Part shown: positions 26,955 through 41,325 of the stretch, in pieces | Position numbering within the stretch: the first letter of the stretch is position 1 | How the letters are laid out: each line of letters starts with the position of its first letter | Source: Octopus vulgaris | Taxonomy: Eukaryota | Assembly (NCBI GenBank): GCA_951406725.2 | Contig: OX597835.1 | Span: 4,154,001-4,218,000, forward strand | Direction of reading: 5' to 3' | DNA length: 64,000 nt | The notes under the pieces: model-generated | Told to the model about the DNA's origin: nothing | What the model saw: the letters and a program-made list of their open reading frames with translations, nothing else | Databases searched by the model: none | Position numbers and translations under genes: made by a program

Positions 26955-27649
26955 TCTTCTACCACAGTTGCAAAAATATCCACGTCATTAATAAATTATT
27001 TTTCATGCAATAATTTCTATCTAATTCTTCATGTGTTAATTATAGTTCATATTCTTTTTTACAATATCACGTTACAAATTGTTAGTAGTGAGCTAATTTA
27101 CAGACGGGTGAAGACGAACGTCTATTTTTCATCCCAGTGTGTCAATATTTAATTTCTTTAATAACCTCGTTATTGCAGTTTCACTTACACCTATACAAAC
27201 ACACACACAAACACGCGTTCACGAGCGTTGAAACCTGCAAACTTAGGCGCCCGTAAAGTCCACCCCTTCCACGTTAGCGAACAGAAAGTTTGATCTAAGG
27301 GAAATAACTCTATCTAAGGGAAACTACTCTCAACGGAATCGATCAAAGGGAGATAATTAGTAAAATACTAATATTCAACTTCGACAACGGACAGCATTCG
27401 ACAACGAATTCGAACGGAAATAAAATAATATTCCAATGTTTTTAATATGGAATGACGATGAGCAAAACTCTTTGCCTCCTTCTCTCTACAATAAATAAGA
27501 GATTGTTGTTCCTGTTGCTGTTTAGTTGCCAGTTTTCTGTGATCAGCTTCACTTAACGACATTAAAGAGATGATGATTCACTCATCTCTCTTCCACCCCT
27601 CCCGACACCCAAAAACACTGACACCCACCCAAGAGAGTTACTCTCTTCC

Positions 27650-27796
27650 TCTTTTACACTTTTACTTGTTTCAGTCATGTGACTGTGGCCATGCTGGCGT
27701 ACCGCCTTTAGTCGAGTAAATCGACCCCAGGACTTATTTTTTTGAAGCCTAGTACTTAATTTATCGTCCTCTTTTGCCGAATCGCTAAGTTACGCA

Positions 27797-27858
<62 letters not shown>

Positions 27859-28122
27859 TATATGCGTACGTCTTTGCATCTATGTTAGTCCACCACCACA
27901 CCACCACCACCACCACCAGCACCAGCACCACCACCACCACTTGACAACCGGTGCTGGTGTGTTTATGTCCCTGTAACTTAGCGGTCAGGTTAAAGAAAGC
28001 AGTAGAATAAATACCAGGCTTTAAAAAAAATATGTACTGTGGGCGATTCATCCGACTATGAAATTTTTCAAAGTGGTGCTCCAGCACGGGTGCAGTCTTA
28101 TGCTTGAAACAAGCAAAAGAGA
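27650..28122. mobile_element. Inverted pair of SINE B 3' halves (- at 27650-27794, + at 27940-28122)
   Basis: Both match the family B tail and are separated by microsatellites. Confidence 0.8.
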
Positions 28123-28282
28123 ACACAAAAGACATCTACACGGTAGCACGGACCCCAATTTTGTTCCCTTCATCCAATATTCTCCGTCAATACTAACCAA
28201 GCAATTAGACACTCACTGGTGACCCTGGTATTACGTTCTAGTCACACATTCTATGTTTATAGTCTAATATTCTAACTTAATA

Positions 28283-28703
28283 CCTATTTCTTTACTATAC
28301 CCACAAGGAGCTAAACATAGAAGGGACAAACGAGGACAGACAAAGGGACTAAATCGATTACATCGACTCCAGTGCGAAACTGGTACTTACTTAATCGATC
28401 CCGAAAGGATGAAAGGCAAAGTCGACTTCAGCGAAATTTGAACTCAGAACGTAGCGGCAGACGAAATACCTGTTTCTTTACTACCCAGAAGGGACTAAAC
28501 ACAGAGAGGACAAACAAGGACAGACAAACGGATTAAGTCGATTACGTCTACCCCAGTGCGTAACTGGTACTTATTTAATCGACCCCGAAAGGATGAAAGG
28601 CAAAGTCGACCTCGGCGGAACTTGAACTCAAAACGTGACGGCAGACGAAATACGGTGACGCATTTCGCCCGGCGTGCTAACGTTTCTGCCAGATCGCCGC
28701 CTT
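28283..28703 (-). mobile_element. SINE A, head plus 2 units, with 14-bp TSD
   Basis: Junction GAAATACCTGTTTC near 28470; ATTCTAACTTAATA at 28269-28282 and 28705-28718. Confidence 0.9.
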
Positions 28704-29061
28704 CATTCTAACTTAATATTGCAACCTCAAATGATAGTCTTACAAGACATTCTTAAGCAAACTCTTATAGTCTGAACCGACACTCTGACGTCATCATTAC
28801 GCTCTAGTTATCTCCCTTGAAATGCATCGCCAGAGAAGTCAGTCGCTGCTAACACCGGAGGACCATCACCTGTACTTGTACACGGGACTTCATTGAGGTG
28901 GCAGCCATTCTAAACGTCGTATATTTCGTCAGAATCCAAACACCTGATTTTAGGCAGTCTGTAGTTGTCTCCCTTTAACGGTTTCTTCATACTACTAGTG
29001 TTTACTTGAATCGTTGACGACCACAAATATAGAATTTAAATAGGTGAAGCTGCTGCTGCTG

Positions 29062-29102
<41 letters not shown>

Positions 29103-29203
29103 CTGTCTGTACTGACTATTACGTAGCATCATTCACATCTTGTCTTAAAAAAAAAATGACAAATCATACGAGAGGACACATTAAACAATGTAGTCTTAGA
29201 TAT

Positions 29204-29367
29204 ACGTAGGAGTGGCTGTGCGGTAAGTAGCTTGCTCACGAACCACATGGTTCCGGGTTCAGTCCCACTGCGTGGCACCTTGGGCAAGCATCTTCTGCTA
29301 TAGCCTCGAGCCGATCAAAGCCTTGTGAGTGGATTTGGTAGACGGAAACTGAAAGAAGCCCGTCGTA

Positions 29368-29446
<79 letters not shown>

Positions 29447-29662
29447 ATATGTTTGTGTGTCTGTGTTTGTCGCTCCCAACATCGCTTGACAACCGTTACT
29501 GGTGTGTTTACGTCCCCCGTAACTTAGCGGTTCGGCAAAGAGACCGATAGAATAAGTACTAGGCTTACAAAGAATAAGTCCTGGGGTCGATTCGTTCGAC
29601 TAAAGGCGGTGCTCCAGCATGGCCACAGTCACATGACAGAAACAAGTAAAAGAGAAAATACT

Positions 29663-29731
<69 letters not shown>

Positions 29732-29841
29732 AAGTACTAGGATTACAAAGAATAAGTCCTGGGGTCGATTCGATCGACTAAAGGCGGTGCTCCAGCATGG
29801 CCACAGTCAAATTACTGAAACAAGTAAAAGAGTAAAGAGAG
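29204..29841 (+). mobile_element. SINE B plus a duplicated 3' tail (29727-29841)
   Basis: Full copy to about 29655, then (TA)n, then a second TAGAATAAGTACTAGG...AAACAAGTAAAAGAG. Confidence 0.88.
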
Positions 29842-30022
29842 TCTACTGTGGCTGAAAACGTATTACAGACACAGCTTTAATAATAAAATAAGAAATGAGA
29901 AATTAATAAAAAAAGAAGATGAGGATTCAACCATTAAACAAGTTACACGATCCTCGTTGTGAACACTGATTCAACAACTTTATGGAATTTGTGATCTTAG
30001 TTAATTCTGTGAATCAATATAA

Positions 30023-30281
30023 TATAAATAAATGCTCCCTTTTTAAAGGCTACCCAGGTTCATGAGCCCAGTTTCCCGGTTTCTATGGCGTATGTGTTCC
30101 CCAGCTGGACGGGACGCCAGTCCATCGCAGCGTTACTCATTTTTGCCAGCTGAGTGGACTGGAGCAACGTGAAATGAAGTGTTTTGCTCAAGAACACAAC
30201 GCGTCGCCCGGTCCAGGAATCGAAACCACAATCTTACGATCGTGATGCTGATACCCTAACCACTAAGCCACGCGCCTCCAC
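30023..30281 (-). mobile_element. SINE D with tail T1, 14-bp TSD
   Basis: Close reverse complement of 62287-62550; GTGAATCAATATAA (30009-30022) and GTGAATCAGTATAA (30282-30295). Confidence 0.9.
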
Positions 30282-30381
30282 GTGAATCAGTATAAAATAA
30301 CTATTATAGCGCTCTTTCTATTATCAACAGCTCATTTGAGTGATATATAAATCGTATCGGAGCAGAGAGGGGGATATATAT

Positions 30382-30436
<55 letters not shown>

Positions 30437-30815
30437 TAGAGAAAGAGAAAGAGAAAGAAAGAAAGATGGGGGAGAATAGTGTTTGATGGTTGGTGTTTAG
30501 TGTCACTTACAGATCACAGAATATAACCTGACAAGTCTAAAACGAGTGAAACAAATGTTCATGAATGAGGTAAGACGTTAGGAAGCGGGTGGCTGGGTGG
30601 CTGGGTAGCTGGGTGGCTGGGTGGCTGGGCGAGAGAAATGTGTTCCTCAAGAAATAACCCGATCTGTGATATTCTACTCAACATTCTGAATATTGCACAA
30701 AATAGATCTTGATAACGGATGCAGAGAACTGTTACATTCCAACAAAACATTCGAAATAGAAGAAGAGAATTTGACAGTTGGATGTCTTATTATCAGCGTA
30801 GTATGGAATTGTAAA

Positions 30816-31115
30816 TGCGGAGGCGCAATGGCCCAGTGGTTAGGGCAGCGGTTTCGCGGTGGCAGGATCGCGGTTTCGATTCCCTGTCCGGGCGTTGTGT
30901 GTGTTTATTGAGCGAAAACGCCCAAGAGCTCCACGAGGCTCCGCCAGGGGTTGTGGCGACCCCTGTTGTACTCTTTCGCCCCAACTTTCTCTCAATCTCC
31001 CTTCCTGTTTCTTGAGTAACGCTGCGATGGACTGGGGGTAACACATACGCCACAGAAACCGGGAAACCGGACCCATGAGCTTGGCTAGGCTTGAAAAGCG
31101 CGACGTTTATCGTTT
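30816..31115 (+). mobile_element. SINE C with tail T1, 14-bp TSD
   Basis: A box plus GGTTTCGATTCCC B box; TATGGAATTGTAAA at 30802-30815 and 31116-31129. Confidence 0.9.
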
Positions 31116-31326
31116 TATGGAATTGTAAAATCATTTGTGAGCCAGTGATAATGATAATCATGACGGTTGTCTCAGATTCCGACCCAGGGGCCAGCAATTT
31201 TGACAATCGGGGGAGTAGTCGATACTATCGTCCCCAGTACTTGATTGGTACTTTATTTTATCGACCACGAAAAGATGAACGGCGAATGTGACTGCGGCAT
31301 GGTTTGAACTTCGAGCGTAAAGAGTC

Positions 31327-31811
31327 AAAGGATGAAAGGCAAAGTCGACCTCGGCGGAATTTGAACTCAGAACGCAGCAGCAGACAAAATACCTATTTCT
31401 TTACTACCCAGTAGGGGCTAAACACAGAGAGGACAGACAAGGACAGACACACGGATTAAGTCGATTATATCGACCCCAGTGCGTAACTGGTACTTAATTT
31501 ATCGACCCCGAAAGGATGAAAGGCAAAGTCGACCTCGGCGGAATTTGAACTCAGAACGTAACGGTAGACAAAATACCTATTTCTTTACTACCCACAAGGG
31601 GCTGAACACAGAGGAGACAAACAAGGACAGACAAATGGATTAAGTCGATTACATCGACCCCAGTGCGTAACTGGTACTTAATTTATCGACCCCGAAAGGA
31701 TGAAAGGCAAAGTCGACCTCGGCAGAATTTGAACTCAGGACGTAACGGCAGACGAAATACGGCTACGCATTTCGCCCGGCGTGCTAACGATTCTGCCAGC
31801 TCGCCGCCTTC
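31327..31811 (-). mobile_element. SINE A, head plus 2 full units and a partial third unit
   Basis: Junctions AAATACCTATTTC near 31392 and 31576 (184 apart); adjoins an older degenerate A copy at about 31170-31326. Confidence 0.9.
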
Positions 31812-32238
31812 GTCTATTAAAATTCCATCACAAACCATTGATCGAACCGGGACTCTAGTAGCAGAAAAGATTTACCCAAGGTGCTGCGATGTGGGACTGA
31901 AACCGAAACGACGTGGTTTGCAAGAGCGAACTCCTTAACCACATTCAGAGAAAAAATATAAAAACTATGTGTGTATGTTCTACTGTTTCTGTCACTCCCC
32001 GAGTTACTCGTTGGTAGTTGTTAAGACTATTATTCAATTACATTGTTTTTTTAGACAAAAGGAAGTCAGTAAAAATCTAACACCGACACAGTAAGACGAT
32101 CCGTTAATGACGGCGAGTGATTTGTTTGTTTGAGAAATTAGATTGTGCAAACACAATATAGTTAATAAAAATGACAGTTTTATTACCTGCTTGCCGATAC
32201 TTTACAAGCTTACCTGCCGAAATGTACAGTTTATGTAA

Positions 32239-32306
<68 letters not shown>

Positions 32307-32376
32307 GTGTGAATGTGTGTGTGTGTGTATGGGGGAATGTGTGTGCAAACACATATATACATATAATACACATACA

Positions 32377-32422
<46 letters not shown>

Positions 32423-32735
32423 GTTTACAACATACCACAGACCGAATTTAGAAATAGCATCAAAGAGTTATAGCTATTTCTTCTATAAAAGGAGATCTCA
32501 GTAAAAACACAGCAATTGGAAGGCAGACACAAACAGGTAAGAGAGTGAATTGACGGCAATCTATCATACAATTTTAAGTTATCTACGGACGCACGTTTCG
32601 AAATCAAGTTTTTAGAAAGCATGAGAATTAAATATTAAATAATTCTACGTTACCCAAACTTTTTCTTCAGCGTAGAATACTATAATCATAAGTGATTATA
32701 TATTGAATTTGAGATACTATACTAATATACTAATA

Positions 32736-33530
<795 letters not shown>

Positions 33531-33929
33531 CACACATACATATAGGAAGAAGACAGAAAGAAAAAGAAAGAAAGATGATGCAAATGAACACGCTTGGGCT
33601 TGATACATGCATATACACATGTAAATGTATATAGGGATATATATCGAGATAAGCAAAAATTGAATATAATCATCAGATGAACTTTCTCGCACAAGCATAT
33701 AACTATTTAGATATTTACAGAACAATAGATAGAATATGCATAAAGTCAAGAGCGTGTAACTCGTAGTGGATGCATGTAAACTTTACCGTTAAGCCGGCCT
33801 CCTTCTTCAGGGTGGAAAGACTGGCAATTAGTTGTATGTCATTACTATTACGTAATGGTGAGTGCTCAGAAACAGCTGTCGGACTTGAAATGCACCGGCC
33901 TTTCCCCCTGGTTTTCTGTATTTCATGTT

Positions 33930-34153
33930 TTTCCCCTCTATGTTTAGCCCCTTGTGGCTAAGAAAGAAACAGGTATTTCGCCTGCCGCTACGTTCTAAGT
34001 TCAAATTCTGCCGAGGTCGACTTTGCCTTTCATCCTTTAGGGATCGATAAATTTAGTACCAGTTACGCGCTGGGGTCGATGTAATCGACTTAATCCCTTT
34101 GTCTGTCCTCGTTTGTCCCTTGTGTTTAGCCCCTTGTGGGCAATAAAGAAATA
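33930..34153 (+). mobile_element. Headless SINE A multimer fragment
   Basis: Starts with the tail of one unit, then junction GAAACAGGTATTTC, then one full unit. Confidence 0.85.
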
Positions 34154-34224
34154 AGAAGCCTAGTTAATCTACCCAGCGATTTCATGGTTCGGATTTTTTA
34201 CTCATATGCGTAGAGTAAAAAGTC

Positions 34225-35090
34225 TAACTTAGCCATCTGAAGCATTGAAAAGAAGATTTGTGATGCTCCATGTTTGGTGGGTGTTGCAACTCTAAAGTCT
34301 CTCAGGCTGATTTTAGAGTTAAAAGTAAAAATAAAGTTACCTTCTCGAGTCATGTCGACTCATAAGGGCCAGTTTCCCGGTTTCATGGCGTATATATTCC
34401 CCACCAGGACGGAACGCCGGTTCGTGGCAGGATTACTCATTTTTGACAGCTGAGTGGAGTGGAGCAACGTGAAATGGAATGTCTTGCTCAAGAACACAAC
34501 GCGTCGCTCTGTCCAGGAATCGAAACCACAATTTTACGATTATGAATCCAACACCCTAACCACTTAGCCACGCGCTTCCACTGATTTTAGAGTTGGAACA
34601 AGGCGGAAGAAGAGCGCAGCAGAGGTTGCTGGAGACGTAGAGTTGGGGCTGAAACATAGACGGCTGGTGGGTGAAGTGACCTGAGTAGAAGCCTTGGGCG
34701 AGGGGTGCCCTAAACGCCATAGCGGACACCATCTTCAGTGGAAGTAGTTATTATAAGCACCTCCGCCCAACGAAGAAGAGAAGACATTTTTCAAGGCTGT
34801 TGTGACACTAATATTAACTACCCTCCATCCCAACATCCACCTCCTCCGATTTCCTAGCAATGGTACACAAGATTGGGAGAAGGAAGTTGGCCTGAGGAAG
34901 GAGCTGAAGTTCCCAGAAACTGACACATCCAGATCACTCAGCTCAGACATGGTGGAGGTCTTAGAAGCTACCGAGCAGATGGTTCTGCAGAATTCTCCAT
35001 TCATTGGGAAGACTACATTGAGGAGACAAGCGAGAGACAAACTTGAGGAAGAGATTAAAACATGCGGAGCTGGTGAAGTCATGCGGAAAC
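34225..35090 (+). pseudogene. Hero-clade non-LTR retrotransposon remnant (C-terminal/RLE region)
   Basis: After removing the SINE insert it reads KVSQADFRVGTRRKKSAAEVAGDVELGLKHRRLVGEV, GCPK, AIADTI, DWEKEVGLRKELKFPET..SLSSDMV, and after a frameshift EFSIHWEDYIEETSER. These are collinear with Hero motifs recalled as VRTGRKW/LRHRxxVG/DLGKQLKFP/SLRPD/ELTVPWE. Confidence 0.75.
34321..34580 (-). mobile_element. SINE D with variant T1 tail, 14-bp TSD, inserted in the Hero remnant
   Basis: CTGATTTTAGAGTT at 34307-34320 and 34581-34594. Confidence 0.9.
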
Positions 35091-37346
35091 AATGCAAATT
35101 CATGTGTTTCGTAAATAAATATTTCAAGGAAAAGACAGAATGAGGAAATGATAAAATTTATGCTTTTCCTGAGTACAAAAGAATATTGGCAGACTCGTTA
35201 GAAGCGTTTGACAATGCCTTGCGGCATTTGTTTCAGTTCTCTTCGGTCTGGTTTCGAATTCCGCCGAGTCACACTTTGCCTTAATCCCTCCCTTCGGGGA
35301 GGATAACTAAAGTGACGGATCTCACAGCGAGGTAGAGTAGGGGTGGAGACTGTCAGAAATGAAAGGGTATGTGTGGGGTATGAAGAAATTGCGATATTTA
35401 GTGAAGTGAAGGTTTTTAAACCTGTCCGACCATCAACCCCATGGCAAAGGAAGAACTGTTTGGGAGGAAAACTTAGTCTTGTCTTCTCCTAAATGAAGGA
35501 TTGTAGATGGGACGAGAGCAAAGAGTTTGTTTAATATTTTGTGGATAAGGCTCGGCATCTGTCAAACCCTATCCACCACTCCCTATCAATCTCCTCTCTC
35601 TGTCTATCTCAGAATCGGTTTAGGAAGATGGGAAAGGCAGCGCCCATTCCTCTACAAGATCTTCTGAGATTGATGCGGTTGGAGTTGGGGAAGGCGAGGA
35701 AGATGCCCTTCAACCCTGCACATCACCCAAATGCTTGCAACTGAGTAGTTTCCACTACAACCCCGAAGGATCAGACGGTGATTGTGTTAAACTGATGAAT
35801 TCGGTGTACCACTCAAGTTTAAATCTACAGAAAAAAAAGGACCAAGGAAGAATCTCTTCGAGGTCTCTCCACCCGTTTCATCACTCTTCTGTGCTCGCAC
35901 CAAAAAAGCAGAAAACATGGGTACTGTGACGTAATCGGTCTCCTGTCACGCGATGACTTTGGCAGCGATGTTTACTTCGCAATCACACAGTTCTGAGATG
36001 AATCCCGCTGCGAGGCACTTTGGGCAAATATCTTTTAATCGAGTAAATTAAAGCCTTAAATGGTTCATGGAAATTGTGTTGAACTGTGACTGTCTTCGAA
36101 TGGTCGACAAAGAACCGATCGATTTCCTTTGCTCAGAGTCCTCAACTCTGTTTCAAGCATTCAGACCAAGTTTCAAATTTTGAGTTATGGCTTCTTCCTT
36201 CCAATTTCACATCATTTCAGAGAAAGTCCTACCAACAAATGAATGATACTTCCTTCCTCTTCTGACGAAGTCTTTAGAGAACAATGAATTAATAAATAGA
36301 TAGATAAATAAGTAAATAAATAAATAAAATAGCGGTTAAGGTGAAGCTGACTGGTTTTAAACGAGAATCGAAACTGGAATGTTGTCTCAATTAACGTTTA
36401 AGTAGCTCTTTACTTCCGGTTGTATGGTAGCAGGCTTTCATATCTTTCCTAATATCAGACAGACAAACAAACAATGAAGTCACTGATTGACTTCGTCTCC
36501 GATAGATCTGTAATCTGTCGTCTGCTTTCTTTCTACACCTCCATACGTATCCTGGCCACACCTCGACATTACACTTAACCCAACCCAAGACGACCTGAGG
36601 TAAGAAAAACAAAGCAAAAAAAAAAAAAACAAGCATTTTATCCATTGGTGTTTTATTACTGACATTTACCTTATCTTCACATCTTTTCTTCTTTCTCCGT
36701 CTCTTCTCCCTTCATTTCCTCTTTATCAGTTGGGGCTTAGATTTCTAGAATTGCTTTTCAATTCACTGTGATCTGTGATTTGCTGGGCGTTACCATTTTT
36801 ATAATGAAGATCTCGGCAGTGATTGAAGTGATGGAGAAAGAGATGAAGAGAATATCTTCCTTAATCAGTTTGTAATATCTTTCACACAAATCAAAACAAC
36901 AACAACAATAATAACAACAACAACGACGACGTCGACGTCAACAAACGCACAGACAGACAGACACAGACAAAAATTTAACGAAATCTAGAAAAAAAAAAAC
37001 CAGAAATTTAAAACAACCTCTTATCGTGAAAGACAGGAAAAAATATTCTCTTTTTCTTTTTTACTTTTTTTATTTAATTTTTGATATCAAGTAAAAATAA
37101 ACAAATGTCAGGAATTAAATTGATGATGAAGAAATATTAAAATGTTGTTAAAATTTAAAATTGAAATTATCTTATATCTGTGAATCTACTTAACCACCCG
37201 CCATCTCGTCTCTCCAACAACAACAACAACAATATTAAACTGTAGTACATTTAAAGCAGTCTTCAAGTAATTATTTAAACACGAACAGATACAGTTTTAC
37301 TAATAATCCCCCCCCCACAAATTCTACAAAGTTATAAACATACCAT

Positions 37347-37590
37347 CACTTCCGGCTGATGCCACTATCACGTGATCGGTCACACACACACACACACACA
37401 CACGCACACACCAATTTTGCATCATGTTTATTGACGACCTTGTTCATACTCTTGGCCAGTTGATAAGAACATACCTACGAACAGGTAAAATACTTGTATG
37501 TAAGATTTAACATTTAGACACAAAGTTAGTTTGGTGGCCATTTTGATTCCTGCACACGTCAGCCATAACACATGCGGGCGCGCGCTCGGT
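37347..37590. promoter_or_regulatory. Candidate promoter-type motif cluster
   Basis: CACTTCCGG (ETS, 37347-37355), ATCACGTGAT (E-box, 37367-37376), GCCATTTTG (YY1-like, 37537-37545) and a CpG-rich patch, in TE-free sequence. Confidence 0.3.
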
Positions 37591-37629
37591 GTGTTTGTGT
37601 GAGCGTGCGTGTCTTTGTGTGTGTGCGTA

Positions 37630-37684
<55 letters not shown>

Positions 37685-37941
37685 ATGATTGAAAAGCGAG
37701 AAAATTGTATCTCATTATATTATGATTTTATGCATGTATGTGTATATGTATATATACATATATGTATGTTTGTATGTATGTATGAATATATGTATGTACG
37801 TATGTATGTATTTATATATTTATGTATGTATGCATGCGTGTATGTATGTATGTGTGTATGTATGTATGTATGTATGTATGTATGTATGTATTTATATATT
37901 TATGTATATATGCATGCGTGTATGTATGTATATGTATCTTA

Positions 37942-38171
37942 TTTGCTTGTTGCCCACAAGGAGCTAAACATAGAGGGGACAAACACGGACAGACAACGGA
38001 TTAAGTCGATTACATCGACCCCAGTGCGTAACTGGTACTTATTTAATCGAACCCGAAAGGATGACAGACAAAGTCGACCTCTGCGGAATTTGAACTCAGA
38101 ACGTAACAGCGGACGAAATACCGCTAAGCATTTGGTCCGGCGTGCTAACATCTCTGCCAGCTCGCCGCCTT
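37942..38171 (-). mobile_element. SINE A monomer in a (TATG)n tract
   Basis: Full body and head ending GCCAGCTCGCCGCCTT. Confidence 0.9.
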
Positions 38172-38506
38172 GAATGTATATATATATGTATGTATGTATT
38201 TATGCATGCATGCGTGCTTTTATGTATATATGTATGTATATATGTATGTATGTATGTATGTATATATGTATGTATGTATGTATGTATGCATGCATGCATG
38301 CATGTATGTATGTATGTATGTATGTATGTATGTATGTATGTATGTATCTATGTGCTACGTGTGTATGTACGTGTATGTGTGTAGGAGTCGACTGTGTGTA
38401 TTTGAGTGTGTGTGTGTACGTGTGTATGAGCGAGTGTGCGTATGTGTGTGAGTGTGAGTGACTGTGTTTGTGTGTTTGAGTGTGTATGTAAGTAAATGTG
38501 TGCGTG

Positions 38507-38561
<55 letters not shown>

Positions 38562-38976
38562 GTGTGTGTGTGCGTGTGTGTGTGTGTGCGCGTACTGGAT
38601 GCTCTCTATATTTCTTAAAGACCAACTTTGTAAGACATTTGCAATCCTTATGATTTTCTCAAAGATTTTCTTTGTGAATCGAAAACAAATTCAGTTTTTT
38701 GTTTCATTGGCTTTTATTGATGAAGGGCAATTTCAGTGAAGCGAAACGATAAAGGAACAAAAAAAAAAAACTGATTACTTTAAAGACATTTAATCCTGTC
38801 TGTCTGTCTGTCTGTCTCCTTTGTTGTGTGTTATTTAAAGATGATGAAAATTTTGTTTTCTTTTTCAAAATAAAATACATTTGAAAAATAATGAAAAAAA
38901 TAAGAAAATTCGATAAAGAATATCGTCGAAGAAAAAAAAGGAACCAGAACTGGAACAGCATTGAACAACACGAATA

Positions 38977-39013
38977 CACCACCACCACCACCACCACCAC
39001 CACCACCACCACC

Positions 39014-39056
<43 letters not shown>

Positions 39057-39149
39057 GCACCACCACCACCAGCACCACCACAACCACCACCACCACCACG
39101 ACGACTACCACCACCACCAATACTACTACTACTACCACCACCACCACCT

Positions 39150-39231
<82 letters not shown>

Positions 39232-39330
39232 CACCACCAACAACAACAACCATCATCATCCCAACCACCACCACCATAACTACCACCACCGTTACTACCA
39301 CCGATGCCACCATTACCATCACCAATAGCA
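38977..39330 (+). repeat. (ACC)n/(ACT)n compound microsatellite
   Basis: Directly visible. Confidence 0.95.
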
Positions 39331-39383
39331 ACAGCAGAAACAATAGTAGGATCTCTAACGGCAAGCAAAACATTTATTGTCTC

Positions 39384-39438
<55 letters not shown>

Positions 39439-39543
39439 TGTGTGTGTGTGTGTGCGTGTGTGTGTTGAAGAGATTTAGGTGTGAATATCTGGGATTGAGA
39501 AGCTATTTTCAACAGTTATTTATTGCTAACGCCTCGCTTCTAC

Positions 39544-39601
<58 letters not shown>

Positions 39602-39983
39602 CTGCCGGTTGGGGATAATATCTGCCGGTTGGGGGGGAAACCGGTAACTCGACACCGCCGGTGATCGCTGACTGCAGTCGCAGCCGCAAAAGTCTCGCTC
39701 TTCTCTAACTCAATGCTGTCATTTGAAACATGTCACAAAAGACAGGCTTTTGTCCTCCTCAGTGAAACACTAGCGTTTCACGAATTGGAGGACGAGAGGA
39801 AAAAAAGTTCAACAGAATTATTGTTTTTCGGTGTTTGTTTTTTGACTTTTGTTTTTGTTTTCCATTTTATAATTCTTTTTTTTTTACAGTTATTTTGTTG
39901 CAGATATCACCTGCCACAAACCATATTCACAACAACGGGTCTTAATATATTAAAATGCAAACTTCTATATATATGCTTGCAAG

Positions 39984-40017
<34 letters not shown>

Positions 40018-40052
40018 CTTGCAAACATATATATATATATATATATATATAA

Positions 40053-40083
<31 letters not shown>

Positions 40084-40150
40084 TAAATAAATAGATATAG
40101 ATATACACACATATATATACATATATTTTTATGTGTGTACGAATGTATGC

Positions 40151-40199
<49 letters not shown>

Positions 40200-40869
40200 C
40201 GTGTATATATACGCGCACAGTCACAGGGGTTCAGCCATGATATTTTCCAGGATGTCCGTTATTGTTAAAGAAAAAAAAGTTACAGAAAAGCTGTGTATAT
40301 CATAAGTTGTAAGGTCGTTTATATGTGTATGTGTGTTTGTGTATATATGTGAGTGTATGTGTGTGTTTGTGCGTGTATGCATGAGTGTGTGTGCATATGT
40401 GTGCGTATGTATATGTGTATATGCGTGTTTGTGTGTGTGTGTGTATCTGTGTGGTAGAAAATTGTCTAATACGTATCAATGTAAACCGTTTTTCGAATAT
40501 ATTTCGTTTTGTGATATCTGAGCCTATATTCCCGGGGGCCAGAGATGTATATGTGTGTGTGTGTGTGTGTATGTGAAGAGCGAACGATCGAGCGAGAGAG
40601 AGAGAGAGGGGGAAAGAGAGGGGGGAGGGAGAGAGAGAAAAAGAAATCCTGTTACTCTGGAAGTTTCCAGACATTTGTTGGATTTCCAGCTCAGAGTAGC
40701 CTGGGTCTATTTGTGTCTGAGGAACAAACTACGCGCCAGGGAGCCTTCAAAGTTAACAAATCACTGGATTAAGCTTAACTTTCTGACTTGTGTCTCGAAC
40801 GGTCGCCTTGTTTTTTCAGAATTTTTCTTCTTCGTTGTGCCAGATTGCCGAAAATGAAGCAAGGATTTC

Positions 40870-41325
<456 letters not shown>

